From assembly GCA_964016885.1 (NCBI GenBank), contig OZ024740.1:347696001-347760000 (forward strand): a DNA stretch of 64,000 bases, read 5' to 3'. The notes beneath the pieces were generated by a model. That model saw only the letters and a list, made by a program, of their open reading frames with translations, was not told where the DNA came from and made no database searches. Origin of the DNA: Eledone cirrhosa. Taxonomy: Eukaryota. The position numbers were made by a program, and so were the translations under genes. Shown piece after piece: positions 26,240-40,499 of the stretch (the stretch's first letter is position 1; the number at the start of each line of letters is the position of its first letter).

Positions 26240-28045
26240 ATGGGTGTATGTATATGCGCGGGGACATAGAACAAGTCGGGCTGGACACCCGATCGCGCGG
26301 TTAAACCGCTGGGAGTGAAGGACCCCCTAGCATTTGTCAGGGCATTCTCCTAGGAGAAGGCAACTCAGGAAACAGGGATAACTCCGATATTAAACAGGCG
26401 ACACAGTAGTTACCGATGATGTTGATCTTTTCTTCTTTTCGAGTTATAGTTACTGTCGCTCAGAGAGTAAGATTGGCTCAGTGCACAGTCTTTCCTCACT
26501 TCAAAACATATCTTCACGCACAGGCATTGCACGATAGTATTAATTAATAATTATTAATAATGGAATACCGTATAATGGCCATACTCGATAACGAGGGGGC
26601 AGCCATCATCATCATGTATGTATGTATGTATGTATGTATGTATGTATGTATGTATGTATGTATGTATGTATGTATGTATGTATGTATGTATGTACGTTTA
26701 TGTCAGGTCACCACTTGGTGCTACTGGTAACATGTATCCCAGTACAACCTGTCTCATGGTCGGGTCGTTGGCGACTAAACTGGCAACCCCACCAAGGTTT
26801 CTTGGTGATGAGGGTGACTTTGGATATCCTGCAGGACTAAAAACAAAACGTGTCAAAGGGCAGAGGAACTCTTAAGAGTCAATGGCCATGCAAAATTACC
26901 GGGAGAGATGACCACTTAGCCTTTGTCAAGGCAGAATTCTAGGAGAAGTAAAAGTCTGATATAACACCTGCAACCCTGATGGTATCCAATGATGTTGACT
27001 TGTTCTTCTTTTTGGTAAATATCATCTTGGTTAAGAGAGTGGGACTGGCTTTGTGCAGTGCCTTTGCTCACTATAAAAGCTTCACGGCACAGGCATTGCT
27101 TTGTATCTGGAGATCTCTCGGCACTTGTCGTCACATGGTACCATGGGCCTAGCACTATGTGTCAATAATTGTCACAGGTGTAGTGTTTGTACCAGAGTTT
27201 TCAAGTCGCTGGCTGGACTAAAGTTACATTCGTTCAGCGCATCGGTAGGAGTTCTCCTACATGGATATAAAGTAGTGGCCGTACTCGAAAACGAGTTGGC
27301 AGCCACCATGTATGATTGTATGTACGTTTATGTCAGGTCACCACTTGGTGCTACTGGTACATGTATCCCAGTACAACCTGTCTCATGGTCGGGTCGTTGG
27401 CGACTAAACTGGCAACCCCACCAAGGTTTCTTGGTGACTTTGGATATCCTGCAGGACTAAAAACAAAACCTGTCAAAGGGCAGAGGAGCTCTTAAGAGTC
27501 AATGGCCATGCAAAATTACCGGGAGAGATGATCCCTTAGCCTGTGTCAAGGCAGAATTCTAGGAGAAGGAAAACTCTGATATAACACTTGCAACCCTGAT
27601 GGTATCCAATAATTGTTTCTACTTTTGGCACAAGGCCAGCAATTACCCAGTGCATTACTGGTACTTTATTTTATCGACCCCGTAAGGATGAAAGGCAAGG
27701 TCAACCTCGGCGGGATTTGAACGTATCCAATAATGTTGACTTGTTCTTCTTTTTGGTAAATATCATCTTGGTTAAGAGAGTGGGACTGGCTTTGTGCAGT
27801 GCCTTTGCTCACTCTAAAAGCTTCACGGCACAGGCATTGCTTTGTATCTGGAGATCTCTCTGCACTTGTCGTCACATGGTACCATGTACACTATGTGTCA
27901 ATAATTGTCACAAGTGTAGTGTTTGTGCCAGAGTTGTCAAGTCGCTGGCTGGACTAAAAAGTCACACTCGTTCAGCGCATCGGTAGGGTTCTCCTACGTG
28001 GATATAAAGTAGTGGCCGTACTCGAAAACAAGTTGGCAGCCACCA
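26240..28045 (+). mobile_element. Three stacked short RTE-UTR-like elements (one extra copy relative to unit 1), the last interrupted by a 5'-truncated SINE (27614-27722, 12-bp TSD GTATCCAATAAT)
   Basis: Direct repeat 26700-27310 / 27330-28045. TSD at 27602-27613 and 27723-27734. Confidence 0.7.
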
Positions 28046-30313
28046 TGTATGTACGTATGCATGTGTGTGTATGATTGTATGTATGATTGTATGTATGTAT
28101 ATGTGTACACCCACACCTTTCATAACCATTGCTTCATTTTCTTGTCGTTTCTGTTGTTCTTGTAACTGTTGTCATAGTTGACCTTGTCCTTATTTTCATT
28201 TTCTTTGATTTCTTTCGTTTTTCTTTTATCTCTCTCGTGATTTCGTTGAAAAGCTTCTTTCATTCATTTTCTTCGTTTTCTTCATTCAAATGCATTCACA
28301 CTGGCTGTCTGAGAGACGTACAAATATGGCTTATAAAACTTACCTGAGTAAAGAGCCTTCAGCGCCCCTCTAGCGCCTCCCCAAATCTTCAAACGCCTCC
28401 CTAACGTCCCCTTGCTCCAAATCCTTTGTTCTAGAACATCATGCATCGTGCGAGAAATAGCAACCAAATCAACCTCAAATTACACTTGAACCTCTCAGGA
28501 AAAGAAAGAGAATGGTTAATAGGTCCTTAAAATACTTTGATAAATTTGGGCAATCAGTGTTTATCTGCGACAAAACAATTACAAAATGACCTAAAATATA
28601 CTGGAGGATAGCACTTCGCCCTCTATCCTCATGTTAGTTTATGAAATTCAAAGGGTTTCATCTAAGTGGGAAAGCAATTTCAAAACTTACGAACGTTCCA
28701 GTCATGCCACTTTCATTAACGCAGTCAACAAGCAGAAAGGAGAGCAAGATTATCCACTTCTCCTTAAGAAATGATGGTGGGAGTAGATGTTGACGATAGA
28801 ATCTACTGATTACAAGTCCCGTCTTGCACGTAATAATTGTTAGAAATAATGCCACAATCAAGCAATGCCCAGATAGTGGGCGTGTATGTGATGGACGGTT
28901 TCATCACCTCACACATCTCGAACAGGATCGGTTACTAACAATTGCTAACGATTCCAGTACTGCAATAGCAACACAGTTTATGCTAAATCCCCACTTTTCT
29001 AGAACTACTAAATCAATGGCTTTTGCAAGTTCACAATACTCCACGACCACTTTGACAATATCGTTGAGCGACTCGTAAGCCTAACAACATTTAAGAAGCC
29101 AAACATCCAAACTCATTCTCCGATTCCCCTGTCTGTTGCATTGTCAAAGAGACTAAATATGCGAAATATGGCGCACAAAACGCAAGCCTATGTGAATTTA
29201 GAAAACACAGGCCTAATTGAAACCTGCTGGCTATCAAAAGAGTGAGAAAAATCATGTACCTTATCTATAGATAATCGGGCATACTATGTTTGTTTGTCCT
29301 GGGAGGGCTCATTAAGATCCATTGCGATTATTTTAAAATTCTGCCATGTCACGTATGAATCTTCGATTAGAGTAATCGAATTGTCTGTATCAGAAGTCTG
29401 TCTGTTTTTGTCTATGGAGTAAATTCATTTATTTGAGCACTATCTGTTGTGTCTATGATTTCGGATGAAGATCAGATCTTTCCAGGCAATAGTAAAATTG
29501 TAATGTGATTGTTGCTGACGCTATTGTTATGGATTTTGCTATTGTTATTAATGCTGTATCACTTCTTTGTGTATCTTCTATTATTCTATGTATTTTTATT
29601 TTTGTTGTTATTGATGATGAGGGTGGTGGGGGGCGGATGTTCATGTTGGAGTTTGTGGTGGTGCTGCTGGTGTTACTGGTACTGGTAGCGGTAGTGTTGG
29701 TAGTTCGTGCTGATGATGGTGGTACAGGTGGTGATGGCGCTGGTGGTGTGCCAGTGATGGCGTTTGTGGAGGTCGTAGTGGTGTTGTGATAGTTGTAGTG
29801 TTGCTGGTAGTTACTGTTATTTCTTTTTTGTTTGCATATTTCACCACGCAGTTTAGTTTTTTTGTAAATATTTCCGATTTCTAAAGATTTGGGCTTTTAT
29901 GAAATGTCAGGTGATTTCTCCTACCTCAAATATCTTCACCTTTATCGACCTCTATTTCTTTTATTTTACTGATTCCGCCTTCTCACCATTTTAATCTTCT
30001 TCACTTGAGAAATCAGACAGTGTAAACATTGTCCCTGTTTCTACGAATGTTGTTTTATTCAGCAGGGCACTTTACCGTGAAATCCTTGATATTTTTTAAT
30101 GTTCCCTAAATATCTTTAAAACTTCACATACGTTGTTTTACACACACACTTACACGTGCAGACTGCATACTCTCACTCACACACATACACAAGCACACAC
30201 ATAACACCCGCACACCAATACTCACTGATACACATACACACACAATATACATATATATATAGGAGATAACGAAACAAATCGTTTCAACAGCTAAATCTAC
30301 ATTTCATAGAAAT

Positions 30314-30350
30314 ATGTCACCAATCACCGTCTTCTTACTTCTTCTTTCTG
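30314..30350 (+). CDS. Kazal-type protease inhibitor gene 2, coding exon 1 (signal peptide MSPITVFLLLLS-G)
   Basis: ATG at 30314, donor G|gtatgt at 30351. Paralogue of 12245-12281. Confidence 0.85.
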
Positions 30351-30856
30351 GTATGTATATTTTTGTATAGTGAATTGGCAGTATCGGTAGAGTGTTGGAC
30401 GCCACACTTTCTAGCATAGTTACGTCCCTTTACGGTCTGAGTTCAAATCCCGCCGAGGTTAACTTTGCCTTTCATCCTTACGGGGTCGATAAAATAAAGT
30501 ACCAGTAATGTACTGGTTAATTGCTGGCTTTGTGCCAACACTAGAAACACTTATTTCTTTTAAGTTACTGGCAACATTGTTGTATCTCAATTTTAGACAA
30601 TGCTCTTCGTTGATTCTGTCTGAGCCCTAGCGCCCAGTGTGTCTTGGCTTGATGTCACTAAACTAAAACCTGACACAATATATTGTTGGCGTTCACATCA
30701 TCTCAAATATGCATCCAAAGCAAAGAATTGATTGTCTTCATTCCTAATGTCCGAATAATTTCAGCAGGTGGGCCAATGAACTTAATCAGAACCAAATGAT
30801 CTACACTCTGCCAGATTGACTATATATCCAATTTTCTGTCTCTCTCTATATATATA

Positions 30857-30904
<48 letters not shown>

Positions 30905-31710
30905 TACAATAACAGAGATAGTTTAAAGCTAATCTCTGACTGGTAACAATCTCACTCAACAAACATTAGGTTATATTATAATATAAACCCAATTTAAGTG
31001 TTTGGGGTGCTAACAATATGTATTATGTGGAAAAGCCAGTTGTATTATTTTATGAGATATAATTAAAGTTAAAATATATCTCTCTTTCCAAACAATTGTT
31101 TCATTATAAGTTTTCTACAAATTGGGAGAATATTTCCAGTTTATGTAGAAGCCTAATATACATTTATGTAAGAATATATTTAGGGGGGCGCTTATAAATC
31201 ATCAGTGGAAGCCCAATAAACTTTGATATAAGAAAAACATTTCTTACCACAGTTAAAAATCGTGTCCGTTAAGTTGCTCCTTCCCGCATCGAATGACCGG
31301 CAAATTTGAAATTCCAGCAGTTTTTGACTGAGGAAGTATTATAGCGTCACTAAGCGGGAAGGGGAGACAACTACGATCCACGAAAGGAGGAAAAAAATAA
31401 TATACACGCGGGTTAATCAGTTTATTCGAAAACATTATCAATCCAACGTGTTAAGAACTCAATTGAAATTAAAAAAATAAATATATGCGTGTATAAATTA
31501 CACACGCATATAGATATTTTCTTAGGCTAAACCAGAGGTTGTACCTGAATAAGAAACCGCATCTCGTAACCGTAGTAAATACGGAAAGTTATGCTTTAAA
31601 GGGCAAATGGGAATGTAAATCTCCGGCCGAATTAAGAGTAAAATATAAAACACACGCGGGTTAATTAGTTATTTCAAAACTAATATCAATTCCTCGTGTA
31701 AAGAACTCAA

Positions 31711-31774
<64 letters not shown>

Positions 31775-31899
31775 GGTATATATATATATATATATATATA
31801 TAAGAATAAGAATAAAATGTGGAGAGGAGGCACACGAGTTAGGATATATATATATATATATATATGAAAACAGGGAGAAAGAGGCGATTATGAGGAAGA

Positions 31900-33290
31900 A
31901 CAATTTTTTTTTTTTACTTTTTTTTGTCTCTCTCTTTTTTCTGGGTTAGAAAATGAATAAAACGTAATGTTTTACTTTGTGTGAAGTATTAAGGTATTAG
32001 TTTATTTATTTATTATTTAACAATGGCATTTATTTATCTATTTATATATTTAATTATTGTCTATTACGGGTTTCTGCATTTATATGCATTATCAAATGAT
32101 AGTGAAATGTATTAGTGTGGTGTCGCACATGTTAAACAGAAGGTGCAGAAAGAATAATGTTATATACAAACAAGGTTTAAGAAGTGAAAAGAAAAAAGGA
32201 AAAAGGAAAAAAAAACGTGCATAATGTGGAACGTAAAAAGTCAATGTGGAAGAAATGTTAATGTTATTTACAAGCACAGTCATTGAAATTAAGCAGTTCA
32301 AAATGTGTTAATATCGCAAGAGTGTTTAGTTGAACCATGGTTCCGTGAAGGAGGCAAATGGTGGACTGTGGTTTGATATGATTTCCCTTTATAGAGAGTT
32401 AATATGCAGTGGGAAGCTATTCTTGCTGGGTGATATTTAATTAATTTAAGAAAAAGGATTAGGTAGGGTGTGAGGGAGGTAATTCTTGTAAATGTTTGAT
32501 GGTTTGTTGCACTTTTAGAAAGGTGCGAATTTCAGGGCAATGAGTACTGGTTGAAATTTATTAATGAAATGTGTTTCCTTATTGGTGCGTTGGATGAAAA
32601 TAGCGTTGTCTATGAATTTGTAAATGGAGAAAATTTTAAAGTTTGGAAGTTGGTTGAGAGCACAATTGGCGATAGGTTCACTAAAGGCAGTCTTTCTGTA
32701 TTCCTGTATTTTAATTTGTGATTTATTGACGGTCATACGTTGACGGAGGCTGTTTTTTGTCTGTCCTATATAGTGCTCTAGGCAACCTGAGCAAGTCAAA
32801 ACATAGATAAGGTTTTCAGATGCACATGTCAAGTTGTATTTAACTGTGAAACGTTGTCCTTGTTTAAAATGGAATGTTGAACCTTCTATTAGATTTATGC
32901 ATATGCCACAGTTGGGCCTTCCGTATTTTGTTACTGTAGGGTTTATTGTGGAGGTTTGTTGGATTTTGGCTTGTGTGAGGATGTTTTTTATGGATTTGGG
33001 TTGTCTTTTGCTCTTTATTATGATGTGTGTGTGGAGGATATTGTTCATTCTTGGATCTCTTTTTAGTAAGGGAATGTTCTGGAGGATGGTATCGAATACC
33101 TCATTGTTGAGGGGGTTGTGTGTGGAGATGTATGGTAGAGTTTTTTGTTGCGGTTCACTCCTGGGTTTGGGGTGTCTGAGTTCCTGGATGTCTAGTTTTA
33201 GGGCACGTTGGTATCCATTGGTGATTAGGGATGGTGGGTAGTTTCTGCTGATAAGTATGTTTTTTAATTCTTCTAGTCGTGTGTAGCATT
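31900..33290 (-). mobile_element. Penelope-like element fragment (RT thumb + GIY-YIG endonuclease + 3' flank), in intron 1 of Kazal gene 2
   Basis: ORF 32515..33048 NCGICINL...NLIYVLTCSGCLEHYIGQT...RQRM. Same family as 53396-56776. Confidence 0.85.
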
Positions 33291-33361
33291 TTTTAATTTT
33301 TCATAGTCTACTACCATTTAACCGTGCACATTTGAATTTCAACCACCGCCCATTTCACAAA

Positions 33362-33410
<49 letters not shown>

Positions 33411-34111
33411 TAAAGGTAGAACACTGGAAGGAGATATCCGTCGTAGTAGAGCACTCAGTCCATATGAATACCGAGAAAAATAGTTTCACCTTATGCGGAT
33501 CTTCAGCTCGGACTGATAGTGGTTATACGGAACAGGAAAAGGGGTAACAACCATATGAATGCGCATGCGCTGAAACGTTGACTTACCCCAAGCGATAAAA
33601 ATCCACGGTCGAAAGGTGTAAGGGAGATAACATCAACTTTCTCGCCAGTTCGTGTTTAAGGGTTCTTTATCGTCATTTTCATTTTAAAAAGTGGCTCAAA
33701 AATGTTGTTTTTTCATAAATGTAATTTGATTGGTTGTGACTGTCACAATGACTTACATTTATAGAAAAACAACATTTTTGAGCCACTTTTTCTGCTTGTT
33801 CACGTGACTGCACTGACCAAGCAAATTTCACTCATATATGAAAAAACAATCTGAGCGCCCTTTTTTCAAAAAGGCAAATATAATAAGAATATTGTAACGC
33901 GAACTGGCGCGAAATTTATTATACTTATTCACGTGACAGTAATCAGCCAACCGAATTACTTTTCTAAAAAACCTAGCATTTCGAGCCATTTTTTTCCACA
34001 TAAAACAGAAGTAACATTCCAACACCAACCAGAAGAACTGTGAAACACGTAAAGGACAGGAATAAATATTCTTAAAAAGACTCCAGTTGCATTTTCGATT
34101 TCATCTTCTCT

Positions 34112-34199
<88 letters not shown>

Positions 34200-34204
<5 letters not shown>

Positions 34205-35105
34205 CAGTGGTACCCGGCGTTGCACGGGATAAGGTATTTTGGAACGCCGGCGGCCAACAGACCTAATCGTGGAAAAATTTCATGCCTGGACAATATGTAA
34301 AGAAAATAAACAGAATACTCTGATGGCTGGATAATCTTTCAGGTTTTCATCGGTGAAGCAGGAAAAATGCAGGTTTTCACCTAATGCGGGTCCTAGGGGA
34401 TCAAGAAAATGAATTTTTTTTATGTGCAAAATATGCCTTGAAATTTTGGGAAAATCGACTCAAAAGGAGCCCTAAAATGCTGAAAAAATGAAGTTTGTCA
34501 CCTAATGCGGGACCTAGGCCATAAAAAGTTGGATTTTCTTTGTTCACGGTATGAAGATGAGACTGCCTAATACATAGTTACAATTTGAAGGAAATCGGTC
34601 TGACGTAATGTCTCAAAACACCCCTAAAAAGCTGAAAAAAATGCAGTTTTTTACCTAATGTGGGCCCTAGGGGATCAAAAAGTAGAATTTGTTTATGTGC
34701 ACAACACTCCCTCAAACATAATACACATGTAAAGTTTGAAAAAAGTCGGTTGGGTACTTCTCGAGTTTTAGGGATTCAAACTTACACACACACACACACA
34801 CACACACAGACATCCTTATTGAAGTGACGTAATGCAGACAGCTAGACATACAGACAGATATTATAAGGGTGCGACGTTATATGTATGTATCTAAAAAGAG
34901 AAAGACTAAGAATCATAGAAAGATCACTAAAACGTCTAATGGGGTCCCTAGGACATTGAAAATTTGAAATTTGTCGTGCTCAAAACACTCCCCGAAACAT
35001 AAGTATTACATGTGTAAGTTTGAAAAGAGTCGGTTGGGTGTTTCTTGAGTTTTAGGGATTCAAACTCACACACACACAGACAGACATCCTCAGTTTTATA
35101 TATAT
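34200..35105 (-). mobile_element. Non-autonomous Helitron
   Basis: On the minus strand the 3' end is the hairpin CCCG-TGCAACGC-CGGG followed by a CTAG-like terminus. The 5' end reads TATATATAAAACTGAGGATGTCTGTCTG. Confidence 0.65.
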
Positions 35106-36385
35106 ATATATATATATATATCATACTGCTAAATACATATGCTGTGTGTTCAGATAAGCGGTTTCCTGATACCTGAAATTGTCAGTTGGTAATCTTACTC
35201 ATTTTTTCGCATTTTCTTCATGTTTTATTGTTGCTATTATTATTGTTGTTGTATTGTAAAAACGTTTAAGAAATTTAAATAAATGGGGTATAAACTTGTG
35301 AAACAACCCTTGAAATACTAGATAGGCTGTCTTTTCTTCTTTTCTTTTTAAAGAGTTTCATTTGTTTTCTTAGTTTAATATAGTACAGTACATTATTGTT
35401 CGTGAATATTTATGTGTGGGATACGGGATTGTGCAAAGAGCATATGACCGAACGCGTACGAGATTCACTTCTTATTTCCATGCTTCCATGTTCGGATCGG
35501 CCTAAGACACTTGAAACTATATAGACGGTAACTCTATATTGTGGAAGCCCATTGCGTGGATTCTGCTACATAGAGATACGCTTCATCTGTTTGAATATTA
35601 CATTTAGATTATACATAGACATAGAGAATGCTCAGTCATATGCCCCATTTTACAATGACTACATAATATAGGTAGATATAATTCATTATCATAATGTAAT
35701 GGTTATGTTACTATTGTTTAATCATAATTTAGACCCATTGAATCAGAACTTCGATCAAAATCATTGCAGCCGTGATCGCCCCATCATTTTGTCCCACACG
35801 TAGAGTAATGCCACTATTAATTGTGATGCCACTGTTTATTCTGATACCACTGTTGATTGTAACTGAGTCTCGTTTGGGTACTTTTTTAAGCTGTCTCCGG
35901 CTGTTACTGATTCGCATAACTTTTATGTTGTGGGTCACAGGTGTTGCACGGGTGTGGCTCAAACATGTTGTAGATTCATGTGGGAATTCTCTAACTTTAT
36001 CACATGCTAGTCTTTGCAAAATCTTATTTTGACTGCTTTCAAATATTCTGTCTGACTTGAGACAATCTTTGTTTATTTTGTTGGAATTTACACTATGTAA
36101 TTATTTATATGTATTTTAGAGATTTTCACTTTAGCACTCATCATAATGACCATCATCATTACCATCATCATCACCACCACCGCTATCATCATTATCACCA
36201 TCATCACCACCATCATCACTATCATCATCACCGTCATCATCATCATCATCATCATCATCTTCATCATTACCATAATCATTATTATTAATATTATTGCAAT
36301 AAAAATGATAAGGATGAGAATGCTGACTATTTTATTTTCAAACTAAAAATGCTTACTTCCGATGTATGGTTTCGTCCATGAACAG

Positions 36386-36509
36386 GAGCTGTCTTGAACA
36401 CTGCTACAGCAAAAAGCTGTCCAAGGTGTAGTTTTGAATATCATCCGGTATGTGGCTCTGACGGCGTCACTTATGTAAACAGCTGCTTGTTGTTAACGAA
36501 GGCTTGCTT
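36386..36509 (+). CDS. Kazal-type protease inhibitor gene 2, exon 2 ([40 protein letters not shown])
   Basis: Acceptor gaacag|, donor tt|gtaagt. Kazal signature [14 protein letters not shown]. P1 = Phe. Confidence 0.93.
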
Positions 36510-37418
36510 GTAAGTATGGGATCTTGATATATAGACGTATACACATCTATTTGGGAAGTGTAGAGAAAAAGTGCCTTTAGACTTACATAAGTAAGCAGAA
36601 GTTATATATATATATATGCGTGTGTGTACTGAGAAAGAGAGAAATTGATAGGTAGACGGATAGATAGATAAATAGATAGATAGGTAGAAAGATAGGTGTA
36701 TATATAAACAAAGACTCTACTTGCACCTTTCCTCATTTAGACATCCGAACATGCAAACCAACATAGCACTGGCAAAAAGGGTCTGGCAGCTAAGAAAAAC
36801 ACATCACATTGAAGGTGTTTTAAACTTCAATGTCATATAAAACTTGAAGCAAGAAAATAATCACGGTTATATATCCCTCTGTTTTTGCTGTGAGCTGTAG
36901 CAGCTAGATTCTTATAGAATACCAATTATGTTTATGAGCTGTTTGAAGTCATTGACATACAGAGCGGTTTCTGGTCCAGGAACAATTAGAAATGTGTGTT
37001 AGCGCTCTGAAATATATTTAATAATATACTGTATGTTTATCTATGAATTTAAGGTTACGTTCCTGGAGCACCCACGAATATTGGACGTGGTCCATAAAGA
37101 TGCCTATAAACGTCACAATATTACGAAAAATATAATAAAGAACTCCGGAAGATGTTTATGATTCCCCGAATGACCGGGACCGCGAATGCCAGTGGTACGC
37201 TATACATATATATATATATTCAATCACATATTTTTTTAATTGTTTGACCCGAATTACTTGGTCGTTTCTATGGCTATGCGGATGACGGTTTAACCATCGT
37301 CTCAGTGTGTTTGGCCTTTAACGTATGTTGTAGCTCTGGTTCGTCAGAATTATTGAGCGCTTGCCACACATCTCGGAAGTTGTTTTTCGCTAATTCCAAA
37401 GCCGAAATACGATTCTCA

Positions 37419-37489
<71 letters not shown>

Positions 37490-37504
37490 CTTTCATTATT
37501 TTAA

Positions 37505-37792
37505 TTGCCGAGGTTAACTTTGCCTTTCATCCTTACGGGGTCGATAAAATAAAGTACCAGTAATACACTGGGTATTTGCTGGCCTTGTGCCTAACGTAGA
37601 AACAATTATTTTAATTGCCAGTATCGGTAGAGGGTTGGACGCCATGCTTTCTAGCACAGTTACGTCCCTTTACAGTCTGAGTTCAAATCCCGCCGAGGTT
37701 AACTTTGCCTTTCATCTTTACGGGGTCGATAAAATAAAGTACCAGTAATGTACTGGGTAATTGCTGGCCTTGTGCCTAAAGTAGAAACAATT
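37505..37792 (+). mobile_element. Tandem SINE pair (partial + full) in intron 2 of Kazal gene 2
   Basis: Family consensus occurs twice. Confidence 0.8.
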
Positions 37793-37968
37793 ATTTTACT
37801 CTCTAATGGTCATGAAAAGTAAATTAATAGTTATTTTTATATTTTTCAAAAATATTTATTTTGTATGTGTATGTGTGTGTGTTTGTGATCGTTTCTGTGT
37901 GTTTTCGTGTGTGTGACCATATGCATGTAATCATGTTACCGTTTGTTGTTGTTGTTTTTTTATTACAG

Positions 37969-38017
37969 CGAGAAACCGGATCTAGTAATCAAACATGATG
38001 GTCCTTGCAACATATAA
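37969..38017 (+). CDS. Kazal-type protease inhibitor gene 2, exon 3 (F-EKPDLVIKHDGPCNI-stop)
   Basis: Poly-T plus tacag| acceptor, phase 2, KHDGPC motif with Cys6, TAA at 38015-38017, AATAAA downstream. Confidence 0.88.
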
Positions 38018-38058
38018 ACCTGCGAATATCTGTGAATATTTTCGAAATAGAGATATAT

Positions 38059-38082
38059 AAATAAAAAGAGTGAATAAATAAA
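38059..38082 (+). promoter_or_regulatory. Polyadenylation signals of Kazal gene 2
   Basis: AATAAA at 38059 and 38073-38082, homologous to the gene 1 signals. Confidence 0.55.
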
Positions 38083-38153
38083 CTGTTTTTGTTCTTTCTA
38101 ATTCTAAGTAAAATTTATCTATTTGCAAATTACGTTTAAAATATCATAAAGAA

Positions 38154-38632
38154 TCTAAACTATAAAAAAGGGCGGAGCGCGGGATTGTGTACGGTTTATA
38201 ATTGTTTATCCCATTAGTAAAATAAGTTGGATTACTTTGAATAAATAATGAATGAATATTACATAATTTATCTACTAAATTTCGTGGCTGTTGATTAAAT
38301 ACATTTTGTTTATTTAAAGATTCACTTCTTTAAAATTTCTGAAATGTCAACACTTCCGGTTGGCGATCGCTTGAATAAACATACTAATTTTCTGTCACTA
38401 ATTTTTTCCTAATGCAGTTTATATATAATATCGTCTATTTTTAATGTATCATGAATTACTTTACTGATTACATAAAGCAGTGTAACACAGTCTTCGTTCA
38501 ATTTCTGTGTATATTGTCAATTACGATTTTATTTGATGTATCATATCTACATGTATATATACTTGCGTATAATATCAATATACACACTACACATGCTAGC
38601 AGAAAACCACCCTAAGGGTGGTTTTCTGCTAG
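38154..38632 (+). mobile_element. Complete ~480-bp non-autonomous Helitron, unit-2 specific
   Basis: Starts A|TCTAAACTATAAAA, ends hairpin + CTAG|T, no TSD. Empty site in unit 1 at ~18435. Confidence 0.75.
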
Positions 38633-39733
38633 TAACGTTAATGGACAAATAAAAAGGAAGATAGAAATATGGGATGTGAAAGTTCTACGTGGCTTGGACA
38701 AGTTGACAAAAGCGTTACCTTGGAGATAATTTAAGAGAACCAACTTCATCAGCTATTTCACCTCAGGAGGCTCCTTAAACAGTTATGGTGCACTCGTTCC
38801 AATATTACGGGGTCAACAACTGTCCGGGAACCACGAACAACGAAGAGCTCAATGGCGGCTTGCACAAAAAGGAAATGGTCCGTTAATGCCTGATATTTAT
38901 TGATCTTTTCCCCCCTTGGTTGTGAATGGTGGACCCAAAATTTGAGGCCGAAGTGATAAGAGTTGCATTGAAGAGATGGGACGTTCTAGTTGAGGTAATT
39001 ACCTCCCTGAAACGGGAGTAAACTGGAAAGTGGTATCTGAGATATTCAGAGTTTTCTGACAAGAAAAATACATCAACGTTAAAGTAAAATTCAGGTTCCA
39101 CAATAGGAGACATTATAACACTAAATGAAGGCAGCTTCGTCTTATAACAAGGAACAGATATAACAAAACATAAAAAGTATCAGTGGGTTTAATTGAAGTT
39201 ACGAATCCCTTTGTGTGGTTGATGATAGAATTTGTACATAATCAGGCAACATATACATGATGGTTGCAAACTCTGCTAAGAGTATTGAAATCGCCTGTCA
39301 GATTACAGAGTTCGTTGCACTTTTAGGCTACAGCCAACCACACGAGCCCGTAACAGATCCTGACCAGCAATGCCTGTGCTTTGAAGGTTTTTTAAGTGGG
39401 TAAAGTCTTGCACTCGACCAATCCCACTCTTAGAGCATCGAAAAAACTACACCAAAAGAAGAACTGGTTAACGTCATCTGATGCTTCCGAAGCTGCAGGT
39501 TTTTTTCAGGGTTTTCCTCTCTTAGAAAGGTGTTGTGACAACAACTGGAGGCGTTTCACTCTCACGTGAAAAGAAAATACTAGTCTGATGGCCGTTGACT
39601 CCAAATATCCCCCTCCTCACCAAGCAAGCTTGGTGGGGTTGCCGGTTTAGTTGCCGACGTCTCGATTATGAGACAGGTTATACTTGGTTACATGTTACTA
39701 GTAGCATTCGAGAGCGACCTGACATACATACAC

Positions 39734-39788
<55 letters not shown>

Positions 39789-39982
39789 GAGAGATTAATT
39801 CAGGTATAAATGTTATACTTAAAAAGTGACAAAAAATGACAATATTAAACAAAACCATATAAAGAACGTCTACTAACGACGATGTCGGTGGGAACCATCT
39901 ACGACAAGTTAAAACCTTATATTTTGTGTAAACAACTGCACTCCTCATCAACAGAGAGAGAAAGAGAGATAGAGATAGAGAA

Positions 39983-40052
<70 letters not shown>

Positions 40053-40274
40053 GGGGGAGAGAGAGGGAGAGAGATAGAGATAGAAATATATAGAAATGAT
40101 ATCAATTATGATGTCACAGGTATGTGATGAAAGAACTCTGAGAGACTATATTTATATATATATTTTTAACTGTTGGCCAATTAATGATAAACATTCATTG
40201 CCAGCTGAATTAATGATCGAAATATAAAATATAGTGTAGCGAAACCCAACCCCAACCAAACAGTGAGTGGTGAA

Positions 40275-40445
40275 TTGGCAGTATCGGTAAAGGGTTGGAC
40301 GCCATGCTTTCTGGCATAGTTACGTTCCTTTACCGTCTGAGTTCAAATCCCGTCGAGATAAACTTTCATCCTTACGGGTTTGATAAAATAAGGTACCAGT
40401 AATGCACTGGGTTATTGCTGGCCTTGTGCCAAAAGTAGAAACAAT
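40275..40445 (+). mobile_element. tRNA-derived SINE, absent from the homologous tails at ~210 and ~20100
   Basis: Family consensus. Confidence 0.8.
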
Positions 40446-40499
40446 ATTATAACTACATCACCCTCCCCAAATACAATATTTGTTTCAATATATTTGTTT

